Shown: positions 1 to 12,783 of the stretch, piece by piece | Layout: each line of letters starts with the position of its first letter | How positions within the stretch are numbered: position 1 is the first letter of the stretch | Source of the DNA: Vermamoeba vermiformis | Taxonomy: Eukaryota | Assembly (NCBI GenBank): GCA_045837725.1 | Contig: JBEWZL010000282.1 | Location: forward strand, 124,001 to 188,000 | Reading direction: 5' to 3' | Length of the DNA: 64,000 nucleotides | Program-made: the position numbers and the translations under genes | The notes under the pieces: model-generated | Database searches by the model: none | The model's input: only the letters and a program-made list of their open reading frames with translations | Told to the model about the DNA's origin: nothing

Positions 1-670
1 AAAATGAAGAGTAAACAAGTCTCGCTTCCTATTCTAGCTTTCGCACTGGTAGGCGTTACTACGAGCCTTGACTTTAATCGCATTTAACGCTTGCTTATAA
101 GGTTGCTTTTGCTGCCTTCACGGTCACAGTAGCACTTGACCTCGCTGCAGCGGCGATTATAATTCAGATTTGCTTCGTCGTTATAATGTTGGTAAGTCGC
201 ACGTAGTTAAAGGTACCATCCGTACTAACGCTTTCCTCGTAAGATCATCGCTACGTATTATGTTATTATGGGAGCCATCCTCATTCGAACACTCAACAAG
301 GGCAATAAAATTGTTGCAACGAAACGCAAAATAACCAAACGAGTAAGGCTTGACACGTGTCAATTAATTGCAATTCGATATCGATGACTAATCACGCAAA
401 AAATAGTTGACTTACATGCTGATCTTGACTGGCATCAGTTTGTATGCTATTGTGGCGGTTGCAATTTTGATGAGTCTGTACTTTGGTCCGCCAATCAGTG
501 TCTTCTATACAACGCGAGTAATGCTTAGTCTCTTCTGCGCGTGTTCAGTGGCAACTCTTGCGGCGCTGTTTAAGAAACCTAAAGCTCAAAAACGAAGTTC
601 AGAAGTTAGAACGTCCGCCTCGTCGTCGGGTTATAACGACCCTAATTCCTTGCACTTAACTGAAACGTAA
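1..670 (+). CDS. Multi-pass membrane protein, probably the C-terminal part of a 7TM/GPCR-like protein (5' end may lie outside the window)
   Basis: Splicing GT-AG introns at about 49-101, 192-243 and 343-406 gives ...VSLPILAFALVAFAAFTVTVALDLAAAAIIIQICFVVIMLIIATYYVIMGAILIRTLNKGNKIVATKRKITKRLTYMLILTGISLYAIVAVAILMSLYF...VMLSLFCACSVATLAALFKKPK. That is four hydrophobic helices, a basic cytosolic loop and a Ser-rich tail. Confidence 0.6.
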
Positions 671-786
671 TGATAAGATATGATGTGATATGATAATATA
701 AATAAAACGGTTGTATTTTGTATTGCGCACAAGATCTGCGTTTTCAAGTGAAAATTTATGAAGTAGATTAAATACAGAGTACCTTT

Positions 787-2098
787 TTACAGCTTGAGCT
801 TGCTCAAACGAGCTTTCATTGCACAATCGTTGAATGCTCTAATATAATTATCGCACAGAGTCAAATCACTCTTGTTCTCTGAATAGCACTTGGTCATCGC
901 GATCTGCTCTTTTTCGCACACAGACACTTGTTCTTGTGTTGATGCTCGACCAGCACTAATAATATAATACTGTCAGTGACTGCTAGCTAATAAATATATC
1001 TAATAAAAAATCACAAGAGGCTTATTAAGTTGAAAAAATATGTAAAAAGTGTGCGTGTGCACGCAAGTTACGCGCTCAATTTAACGATATCATAATATTA
1101 TTCGATAATAATTTGCAATGTAATGTATAATAGATGACATCTATATAACATAGGTATATCGAATACTAATAAGTATCATTTGTAATCGCGTACGATACGC
1201 TCCAAAATGCCCCAACGCAATTGTATAAAAAATTGATTGCCAGTTGAAATCAATATTAAATATTATTAATATTACGCGATAGTACTTACTTAGTCTCGTT
1301 AAATTGGTCAACTATGCTCTTGATAGCATTAGCTTGTCGTTCCTCTTGTTCTTGCAACTGTTTCATGTTTTCCTCCATCTGCTTTACTTTTTCGTCTCGT
1401 TGCTTTTCAATTTTGTTCAAAATACTGCTCTTAGTGTCTTTAATAGTCTCAGCAGGAACTTCAGTATTAGCAGCGGGCTGTCTGTGTCTGGCAGATCGAG
1501 TTCGATCGGAGCGGTCTGGATGTGCTTCTAAATTATTAACTGCATCGTGCATAGTCTCAGCCATTAAATCATCGACACGTGATTCGTTTAATTTGTGGTG
1601 TTTGTTGTCATAGACATCTGTAACTGGTTCTTCTCGATCTGATTGTCCTTGTGGCACATGAGACTCTTCATGATTTTCTTGTACGTGCCCTAGTATAATA
1701 ATATTAATACGAAATTATAAGAGGTAAAAATTATTGGCGTTTATTGAATGGAAATAATAAAATCTTCGTGAACTTACTTGGAACAAATACTGGCCTTCGT
1801 ACTCCTAAAAATACGTTAATAATTAATACAAAATATAATAATAATTATTAGCGAGTCTCCTTCGAAACAGCAGGATCTATTTCAAAAATTATTTAATCTT
1901 ACCTGCGCTTACTCTGGCTCGTTTACGAGCAGCCAATTCATCTACAACAGTTTCATCGAACTAAATATATTATCATATTAAAATACTGTTTCAAGCATTG
2001 GAGGAATACTGGATGTAGTGACATACACCAAAAGACAAAGGTATATGGCCACCAACAGGTTGCCTTGGGGCCTCAGTACCACTTTCTGTATTACCCAT
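787..2098 (-). CDS. Mic19/CHCHD3-like MICOS subunit (N-myristoylation motif, coiled coil, C-terminal twin CX9C)
   Basis: Starts MGNTES (myristoylation-type MGxxxS). The charged coiled-coil exon is ORF 1286..1657. The last exon reads CEKEQIAMTKC-YSENKSDLTL-CDNYIRAFNDC, i.e. CX9C-X10-CX9C, with TAA at 787-789. Confidence 0.7.
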
Positions 2099-2336
2099 TG
2101 CAAATGAATTTGTTGTTGTGCACTATCTACGATACTCGTCTAAAATTGAATTCACTTCCTGCTGGAATTGCTTTGGCGCGAATAACAATTATTTACTCGG
2201 TCATTAGGTAGCATGCCAACTAGCTCAATTACTATTTTAAAAATATTTATTTCGTTGTACTATTAACAATATTACATATTTACACGAGCCTCAAGCAGTG
2301 GGATCGGGTGGTGTCTCGTGATCTCACTTAGTCTCT

Positions 2337-2677
2337 CTAAGAAAAATTTACAGTAAGGTTGGAAGCTTTGTAATTGATACCGCTGTATCTTTCCAACGAT
2401 TGGAGGCCATCAAGAGCTGCCTGTAATTTATTTCTTTGTTCGATCGGATCGCGGACTCCCTTGTTCTCTCTGAAGCCTACAACAGAGATAATGTTATTTT
2501 AATATTCACATGCACGTTGTGTAACGATATTAAAGCGATTCGCTCGCGTGACGTACTCAGTTTGATCTCTTCAATTATGTTCGGCCGGCGTTTGCTGGGG
2601 AAGACCTTTGCGGACCTCAATAAGGCCTTGTAAATCTTCAATACAGTTGTCTTATCGATAGCGTTCATTTTGGACAT
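2337..2677 (-). CDS. LYR-motif (Complex1_LYR-like) small mitochondrial protein
   Basis: VLKIYKALLRSAKVFP is an LYR-type motif. After one intron the frame continues FRENKGVRDP...ALDGLQSLERY to TAG at 2337-2339. Confidence 0.8.
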
Positions 2678-3053
2678 AAGAAAGTCGCTAGAACGTCAAG
2701 GAGCGAAAGGTCCGAATTTCCTCCCTAAAATTTTGGGAGGCAGTTTTGACCACTTGTTTTTTGCTTCCAGTCCTGCCATTTGTTCCCTGAATCGTAACTA
2801 GGTAAGTCATAGCCCGTTGATACATACATATTGCGACGATTATCTATCAGCAAAGCACGTTATGTAGAGACTATGGACGATATCGCATTCTCGAACAGCT
2901 TTTGTGGATGTCGAATCGAATATTAAAATGATTATTTGGTTACCAATAATTTAATTTAGCATAGTAATATGCCCGAATTTGTTCGTATTAATAACCATAA
3001 CGTGCTTTGAAATTGCTAATTAATTTTGGTTATTATAAAGGATTATTGAATAA

Positions 3054-3634
<581 letters not shown>

Positions 3635-3863
3635 GATCTTTATAAAGTACTACTTGCTGCAAATAAATACATGTTAAAACATTTATTTGCGTTGTATAGA
3701 AAAAAAGGCAAGCGAAGAAAATGTTGTAGCTCAGCAAATAAACGGGCTAAAAAATAATCGATCTCTCTTGTTGCGCACGCCTGCTCTTCACTTGAGGTAA
3801 TGTTATTTATTACATCATGCATGTGCCTTGTAGTTCTTGGCACCTAGTAGGTGATGAAGAAGT

Positions 3864-4378
3864 CTAAGCACTGCAAAGCTTGATAGCAACGCAAGTGGAT
3901 TCAGCGGATTTGCCGTCAGCAATGTACTGTTCAATTTGAGTTCCGTACTTATTGACTAAGTCGTTGCATTTGGAGGCCAAAAACGATGGGATTGAGCTGC
4001 ACACGCGCAATAAAGCGTTCTTGATCTTTGTAGGAGTTTTGTCCTTACCAAGGTCACCGATCACGGTTCCAAGGACAAACTCGCAGACTAAAATATTAAA
4101 TTAATATCAAAATAATTATTATTTTCATGATTGCGCGAGAAGTAGGCCAATACGCGGAGTAGAAGCAAATTTGAAAATAATTAGTCGGATAGGAAAATTC
4201 CAACTCCGTGCGTTTAGCGTCACTTTACGAAATATCTCGTAGATATATATATATGTAATTAATACTTACTAGTGCAAGTGTTGGGCAAGTCATTGACTTC
4301 AGTCTCACGGCTGTAGACAAATCCGCAGAAGGTTACAACGAGGAAGACAGCAAGCAAAGTAGAGACGCTTTTGAACAT
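3864..4378 (-). CDS. Secreted saposin-B-type (amoebapore/SAPLIP-like) protein
   Basis: Signal peptide MFKSVSTLLAVFLVVTFCGFVYS, then the six-Cys saposin pattern C-x2-C...C...C...C-x5-C (VCEFVL...LRVCSSIP...KCNDLVNKYG...TCVAIKLC). One intron. Confidence 0.88.
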
Positions 4379-4679
4379 TTTAAAATTAGGATTATAAAGA
4401 GATGTGGTTGTGGTCTTAGGCTTGGTTTGAGTTTGAAATGCGAAAATACGACAAATACGCTTTCTTCCCGTGCCCTGGTATGACTCTGTGTGGCGTTACG
4501 ATTCAAATCTGAAGCTGGGAGTATTTGTAATTATGTACACTTTATTTTGATTAAACTAAGGAAACTACAAGGTTAATATAAATATTTCGATGAACGTTAT
4601 TTTTAACGTCGTTTTTTGCTATAGTATAAGGGTAGTAAGGTTAGATATACTACATTTGTCGAGCTACTAGCTAGGACGC

Positions 4680-7600
4680 TTAATCGTCAGTCTTCTCGGA
4701 GCTCTCAGATCCAGATTGCTCCTCAGAAGGCTCAGCAGCAGACTCGGACTTCTTGGAGCTTGATTGTTGCTTGCTGGACTCTTGTTTGCTTGAAGGCTCA
4801 CCGGCTTCGGCGTCACTGCCGTCGTCCTTCATTTCAACCTCTTGGTCTTGTTCTTCCTTCTTGCCCTTGCCGCAGCAACCCAAGTTCTTGGACTTGCGCA
4901 TCATCATCCAGCTGTGGATGTAAGCACCAATGCAGAGCAAGAAACCGACGGCTTGCAAGGCAGCAGCGACGACTTCTCCGGCAAGTGAGGGGCTGTCCAA
5001 GTGGAGGAGGGCAATACCCAAAGTGACGATGTTGAGCACGTTGAGGGCAATGTCGAGGTAGAAGTGGATCATGTCCAAGTAAGGACGAATGACGATGAGG
5101 GCAATGAGGTAAGCAATCATAACACCAATGCAAACGAAGATTTGAACGTAAGCCCAAGTGGCACCGTCAGCGAGAGTTGAAGCCAAGAAGCCAAGCATGA
5201 TACCAACCAAGAACTTGCGACCGAGGTAGATCAAGTTGAACTTGGCCTTCTTGTAGTGGTAGGAGGTGTAGAAAGCACCGAAACGCATACGCAAGTACAA
5301 GAAGTGGAGCTCCTTGTCCTTACCCCAAACGATGAGGGCGTTCAAGATGGGCAAACCAATGCCAAAGACAGCCAAAGCGAAGACACCACCGATGATGCCG
5401 AGGTTGAAGAAACGGCGAACATAGTAGGCAGAAATGAAGCAGATGGGCATGTAGAAAGCCAACAACATGCGCAAAAGCACGTGGAAAGCCTTTTGGATGA
5501 CGACACGCTTGGTGGTTTGAATCTTGGAGCGAGCCTTGATCAAGATCAAAGAGAAGATGATGTAAAGGACGAAGACACCAACGATGGCAATGGCAAACCA
5601 GAACAAGCAGGCATAGAAGACGTATTCGGGGTCCAAATCAGCGCTGTTGGCGAATTGTTCGAAGTTCAACAATTCACGAGTGCCACCAATGTTGACATCA
5701 GCGGATCCAGTGGTCGAGGTGGAGTTAACACCGCCGACAGGGTTGAGAACACGGTCGGGGTAGTAAGCAGTGCTGGTAACCCAAGGCAAAGGCAAAACTA
5801 AACAAAAACCGAGTCAATACGATGATTACTAAGCGAGCATAATAGTGCTGAATAGCGTACCAAAGTTGGCCCAGTTGAAGTAACGAGTCAAGAAGACGAG
5901 ACGAGGAGGGAAACCAACGTTAGCAACGACGTAGAAAGAGATGAATTGCAATTGGTCGAAGAGCTTCCAAGACTTGTTGGAGCGTTCTTCTCTCCACCAA
6001 GAGGTCTTGAGGAATTCAGCACCAATTTCGTCATCGTCAACCAACAGCTTGGCAGTACGGAGATCCATCTTAATAGCGCTAACAATGTTGTTGAGAACCA
6101 TCAAACCGAAAACACCGATGATAATAGCAGCGACGATAATCAAACCGATTTCTGTAAGGATAAAAAATTAGTTTACAATTATTTCAAAACATTGATCCGC
6201 TTACCTCGTCTGTTAGTGTAATGCCAATCCGAGCAAACACCGTTGGCAGGACCAATCTTGCTACCTTCTTGGCAAGAGCCACCTTCGGGATCATCGGCTA
6301 ATTAAGAAGTTAATATCTGGCTCGGGAGATTAATCGGATGTGCCAAACTTACCAGTAACAGCAGCGCACCAACCGCATTCAACTTTACGGATGCAAATGT
6401 CTTGGGTGGTAATATCACTGCAAGTTCTGTAAACAGGAGTAGCTGCAAAATAAAGTTAGAAAACTCGAGATCAAAGCTTTTTTTAATTTTTTTCGGGACG
6501 TACCGCAGTTATCACCAGTCCAGAATTCTTTGCATGTGCAAGTGTAAGTGGAGGTATCGCAATCACCGTTAGCAGAGCAGTCATCAGGGCAGCGTTCTAT
6601 CGCGCGACAATTAGATCTGATTGGAAATTTAGGAAAAATTGTCGAAACTTACGTTGAGTGCAGTTAGCACCAGTCCAAGATGAGGTACAGATGCAACGAC
6701 CGTTAGAGCAACGACCTTGACCCAAAGGCTCACCGCAATCGTTATCGCAAGCGACTTTCATGAAATTTTAGTACTCGATTTTGCCTCATCTAATCACAAA
6801 AATGACTTACGTTCATCGCAAGAGGCACCCATGTAAGCAGGGTCGCACTGGCAAACGCTGAAGACGCAAATACCATTACCGTTGCAGTTATCGGTACAAG
6901 AGACTGGAATAAAACGGACTGTCAGAAGATCCGGACACAAAAATTCAACGCCACAATTTTCTAAAATTATGACTCGGTTATGTCTGTGTTGAAAACGTAC
7001 CAGGGAAGAAGACTGAAGCAACTTCAGTTTCAGTAACGATGTACATCAAGCGACTGGCGATGTTCATGAGGCCGGCAATGGGCTTTTGAGAGATGGAAGT
7101 ATCAATAGTACCCTCTTCGAGGATTTCCATAGTGTTCATATTAACTCTATATTACATTACGCGTTAGCTGCTGCATAAAAAAGAATCAAAATAATCGGTC
7201 CCGATCTTGAGATGAGCCCGAGGGTCACAACTGTGTCAAATCATTACCTGACGAGAGTACCAGAAGATGATGGAGGGTCATAGACGGAGACAACAGCTTG
7301 ACCACCATAAGTATCGATGGAGAAGCTCTTGCAAGTAGATTCAACCTCGGGACCGAGGTAAGTAGCAGTAACACCATTAGCAGATTGAGTGCGGTTAGCA
7401 TAAGTGGCCTGTTTATACTATAAGTACGATGATATTGATTTTTTGGGGTTTCGCTTACATCACGAGGAACAGTCAAAGCAGCACCGTTGGCAATCTTGTC
7501 CAACTCGATCTTGACCAAATAAGGACCCTGTAATGGAAAAATTAATTACATTGTTGCAATGAAAGCTCGAAAAAATGCTATGGTAATTTTTAAATATTTC

Positions 7601-8423
7601 TAAACTTGGATTTGTTCCCGTGGATCGGACACAATTAATAAAGATAGTGATTTTATAAAATCTAGCTTACCTGAGAGTCATAATCACCGCAGAAGTATAA
7701 AGTGTTTCTCTCGTTATCGTAGTTAAGACTGGCAACAGAGATGTCGGAGATAGAGAAGTTAAATTGCAGGCCGAAGGTTTCCATGTCCATCTTGTAGAAT
7801 TTACCACCGAAGGTACCAAAGAAAGCAGTTCCGTTACCGTTATAAGCGCTGGCTTGGAAGTCATCACCCACAGGAAGAGCAATAGAGCGAGAAGCGTTGA
7901 CTACGGGGAGGTCGAACTTGTCCAATCTAACTTGGTAGAAAAGAGGGACACCAGAACCATAAGAAGGGAAGTTCAAGTATTCAGTGCCAGCTTGGTCCTT
8001 GCTGTAGAAGCTAGTCATAGGGTTGACGTCGGAAGTGAACACCAAGGTCGTGAAGGCAGGGAAGTCATCGACCGGCACCTTGAAAACGGTTCTTTGACCA
8101 ACGAGGTAAACGTGACCATTAATCAACGTAGCAGTGGCAACAGTTTCGCCGACTGAAAGTTGGTAACGAGTACCGGTAATGTTGGGCGTGTTGAACTCGA
8201 TGGCCAGTTCAGATTTGTTGACCTTGCTGATCACGACTGGAGAGAGTGTGTAGAAGTAGAGAAAATTATCGTCTTCAACGAGACCGTTTGCAATTTCGAT
8301 TCCGTCAGTAGGAGTAACCTCGACTGATGTGATGGTGGTTAGGGCATCGAAGTCAAAAGTTTGGCTAACCGCCGTTCCTAAAAGGACGGCTACCAAAGCG
8401 AAGCACAGCCAAAGGGTTTTCAT
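4680..8423 (-). CDS. Cell-surface protein: signal peptide, beta-propeller-like region, 3 EGF repeats, PSI-like domain, then a multi-pass TM domain of TRP_C/Flc-like type with an acidic tail
   Basis: MKTLWLCFALVAVLLGTAVSQ signal. EGFs: CTDNCNGNGICVFSVCQCDPAYMGASC, CDNDCGEPLGQGRCSNGRCICTSSWTGANC, CPDDCSANGDCDTSTYTCTCKEFWTGDNC. PSI-like CIRKVECGWC. The TM region (ORFs 5829..6143 and 4680..5795) has DQLQFISF, RFGAFYTSY and IRPY motifs. Confidence 0.8.
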
Positions 8424-9083
8424 GGGTAATGAAATCCTTCGGAAAATAAATAAATGAGTTGTGGCTTCTAATGGAGCGAGGGAATGTAAATTGAAAACAA
8501 AAACGGTGTAAAAACAAAAACCAACAAAATCTCGCGCAATCTCAATCAATGGATTACGTCCCCTTGTGCTTCAAAATCAAATCTGCCCGTGATATGCAAT
8601 CTCGTGAGCATAGTAGAGACTCTAGCAAAGGTTGACCGGCCAGTTGATAGCGGATGGCTCTCGCAAATCTGCAACGCGGAAAAATTTATATAATTCGGTT
8701 GAGTTTTTATCTTTATAGTGCATTATAACGACAACGAGCATATTCAAGCAATTTGTTGCGGTGGATCGAGTTTCAAAATCATGAAATTAAACCGTTTCAC
8801 ATTAATGCGGCCAAGTGTGGCCCACGGAAAGTAAAAGAACGGAAATAACACAGCACAACATTAAACCGGATGCCTGCGTATGTGTTGTATCCATTGTATT
8901 GAATATTGAATCAATCGAACAAAAAGGAAATTATATTCGCGAAAATTCATACCGCAGAACGACAGTGACACTTTATATGGAAAAAATGTAGGGAGCATAT
9001 GCGTCAAATCTTTGTTGTCCTATTGAATACCACGAGCATCGATTTGATTTTTTAAAATTTTCTTGATTTATTCTGTTGCGCTG

Positions 9084-12000
9084 TTACACGCCACCGATCA
9101 GCGCATCTAGGCAGCTTTCCATCTTTTCGACTAGGACGTCGATGTCCGCTTCTTGTGCGTGTACAATAACAGCTTTTAATGCTCTGACATACTTCTGCTT
9201 GCACGCGTCCTGCGGTAGAGTAAGTTCGCGCGTTAGAGATCTCTTTTTGCAAATCACACAAAGATTTCCTTTCGGCGTTGTGTATTTGTATACTAATATG
9301 CAATTATATGACGTACCTGGAACAAATAGGGCACGTTCTTGTACATCAAATCCACGAGCTCTTGTTGAGCAAAGCGTAAATCCACATCATCGTCGAAGAA
9401 AATCTCCTTATTCATGCTTGCCAGCAAAAATTCGAATAGGTTCCTCACGAATATTTTAGAGAGTTTCTCATTTGCTGCGTGAAGAGAATCATTAGAAATT
9501 GTTGCAAAGTCACGATCGGATGTGAACCATACCGACTGCGCACAATTCTGGCGTTGAATACACGCTCTTGAAGAATTTCATCGCTTGCAGAGCTAATTTA
9601 GGTGCAATATCAACTTCGATGCTGTCCTCATCTTCTTCATCTTCATCCGAATGCTCAGCCGGTTTAGGAGCGTTCGGGTTCCAATCTTCTTTAATTAAAA
9701 CAATGAGGTCGCGCGTAACTTCGTCAAGGTTGGCGTGTACTTTCACGTTCTGTGGCAGATCAGGTTAGCGTTCGGAGATTTCGTTACTTTTTTAAATTTA
9801 AAACGGACAGATGCGTATAAAACTTACGTCTTTCAATTGTACAAAGAGCAGATGCAAGCATTTCACGGCTTTAAGCCCAACAGCCATGAGTTGATTCTTT
9901 AGTGCTTGTAGCAGATTAGCGATCAAGATCTGCGAGTACGCTTCTAACCATCGAGGCTCGACTCTTGAAATAAGGTTCTCCATGCTCGTCAGGATCATCT
10001 GCTTAATGTTCTAAAATGCCAATAAAGTATAAGAATTCCAAAGCGTTACATAAGTTTTACATTGCGATTACCTTGGATGTGCCTTGCTTTTGCAATTCTC
10101 CAACGAGTTGGTTGACAATATACTGTACATAACTATCTCGCATCTTGCCTCGAGCTTGAATCAAGTTAAGAGGCTTGCCTTTCTCAACGAACGTGCCGCC
10201 GTTGGCTTCGATCGCCTCCTAAAATTAGCGCGGTTAAGAAACAATTGAAAATATATTTCGATAAAGTATAAGTATACCAATGGATCAGGAATATCTTCTT
10301 GTTTAAGTAAATCACTCAAACCAACTACAAACTGCGAGAGCAGAATAGGATCGGCGAAGTTTGCCAAACATTCCTAAATATGACGATTAATTGAAATGTA
10401 ATTTGTTAAGTTTTGACGTACATGATAGAAATGTTCTGCCCGCAGTAACATATTTGGCGAAGCAGTCTTTAATAGCGCACCCATGGCACGAATAATAGCA
10501 ATTCGGATCTTGTTGTATTGTTTTCGTTTGCCTTTTGTCGTTGGTGGAGTTTTGAGCCATTCCTATAGCAAACGGGCAGTATTTATGCACTTTAGGCATT
10601 AATAAGCTTACTTTGGCGTCATCTAAAGATTTTTCGATGAGATCGAATAACTTGAGGAAGTGAGGATTGACAGCACAGCTCGAGGCATTGTCGAGAATCA
10701 TCTTAATTGCTCCCAAGAAATCCGCAGGAATTACTTTGCCAGAATAGCTTTCGAATCTAACAAAGATTAGCTTAGAATTTTTAGCGGATGTGACTTACTT
10801 TGGAAGGAACAGATCCATGATTGAGTTGAACAACGAAACGTGTTGCTGCGGAGTATAGTAAACGGAGGTTATGCCTAATAGAATGCTCATCAAGAACGGA
10901 ATGCTTCCTAGCTCTTCTTTTTCTTCCTCGCCACTCACATCCATAAAATAGATGTTAATAGCTGTCTTAATGGCGTTCTCGATAGACCTGAACGAAGTAG
11001 ATTGAACGGGGTTCCATAAGGCAGCTTTATCCTGTTCCTCGTCATCTTCTTCCATTTCTAACTCCGCGTCGTCATCTTCTTCGAACGGATCTTCGTCGTC
11101 GTCTTCGTCGCCTCGGTGTTTCTTAACAAATCCTAGTAATATATATATTAGACCTATCGCCTCATAGCTCATAGTTTTGAATGTACCTTCGAGCATTGAG
11201 CGGTGTTGTTTGTCCAAGCCTAACAAGCAGATCTGGCCAATTAATTCTACTAACTCAATGCGTTCCTTATGCGAGGTCATAGAGCTATAAAATGAGATGA
11301 TGAGTATATCTCTCTATATATATTCGGATTGTTAAGAGGTTCAAATTGATCGGCCGATCCAGATCAGGTTATAAAGCTTACTTGAACAATACTAGGGCAT
11401 TCGGGACTATTTTAGGACCAAACTCAGCGACGAGTTTGTTGTCGATTTGAATCAAGCTGAGAATATATTCAATGCCGCGTAACAACAATTCATTGTACGT
11501 CTTGGCAACTTCATTCTTGACTTCGCCTTCAAGTTTAGAATAAAGCGCACCAAATTCAGGATTAAATTCGACGTTAGCGTTAGTGTTGTTAGTGTTGCTA
11601 TTAGTATTGACGAAGATCTGCGCGCATCGCTTGATTGTAGCGCTGAAGAACTCGAGAATGTCTCTGTCGAATGCTTTCATTCTATGTTCATATGCTTGGA
11701 GGATTTTTGTGCAGCATCTCAACGCTAAAAAATGCCATTAAAAAAAAAATTCAAATAAGAATACTAGATCGGCTCAAATTAGCTCATCATACCTTCAACC
11801 TAAGTAAATAGGAGTCTATTAATATGTTATCGACGTTATAGTAATATTTAAAAAGTATTTTCTACTGGCAGATCCGTACCTGTAAGCTGGCAACAGGGAG
11901 CAAGAGTTTTGAGTTCGAGGCACGGGCTTCAAATATGTCTAATAACACGTCGCCAATAAATTCAGGCATAATGTCGATAAATTGGTCGCGGCAGCGAGTA

Positions 12001-12508
12001 TAGGTAGCAATCTAACGTAAAGAAAAAAAATTAACTTTTGCAGATCTGATCTGGATCCCAAGAAATAGACGCAGCGAAAATTTAATTAATTTTGAACAGG
12101 TTACTGAGGTAATTATATATAGGATAAAAATAATTGTTACCGTACCATGCCAAGGCCGAGCAAATATTTTCGCAAACGCAGAATTTGATCTGCAGGAAGG
12201 GCGTCTTCATTTCTCTTAATATATTCAAATGTGACTTCCCAGCAACTCTGTGATTTGTTAAATAAAGCTGACAAGGCTCGTGGATTCTCGAGCTGGCGAA
12301 CCAAATCTAATTAAAATAATGAATGAGCAATAGAGAGCTTGAAACGGTAGCAATAAATATTCTCGTAATAATTTTGATATTTTGTTTATTTTAATTTTCT
12401 GTTGCAATTGTTAGGATGCGATCTGGATTGGATACGTCATTTACCTTTTACGGATTGGACGTCTTGAGCGTCTTCAATCTGGATTAAAAATTCTTTTTCT
12501 TCTTCCAT
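9084..12508 (-). CDS. Large alpha-solenoid (HEAT/ARM-repeat, karyopherin-beta-like) protein
   Basis: Many co-oriented exons of amphipathic Leu-rich helices with acidic loops (GDEDDDEDPFEEDDD, SDEDEEDEDS). ATG at 12508, TAA at 9084-9086. The specific family is not identified. Confidence 0.65.
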
Positions 12509-12783
12509 GTTACTATTCTTATAGTTTCAAATAAAAATGTGGCTTGGAAAGCCCACGAAATTTTTTTGCAGCCGACTTTTCTTAGCGATCGACAAAATCT
12601 GTGCTTTTGTTCTCTATTCATACTCTATATAGGCCACAATAGGTAAATATCTTATTATTGTTATTAACGTATTATACAGTGAGTAGGATTGATAGAGAGT
12701 GTTTTTATTTTTGGATGCAACGGATTAGACATTAAATCTTCGAATACAGCCAAATAATCGTATTAATAATTATATATTAGAAT

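Noticed and set aside
4760-8156. Long opposite-strand and alternate-frame ORFs (e.g. 5256..5801 +, 7764..8156 +)
   Set aside because: They overlap a well-supported minus-strand gene and are explained by codon bias. No motifs.
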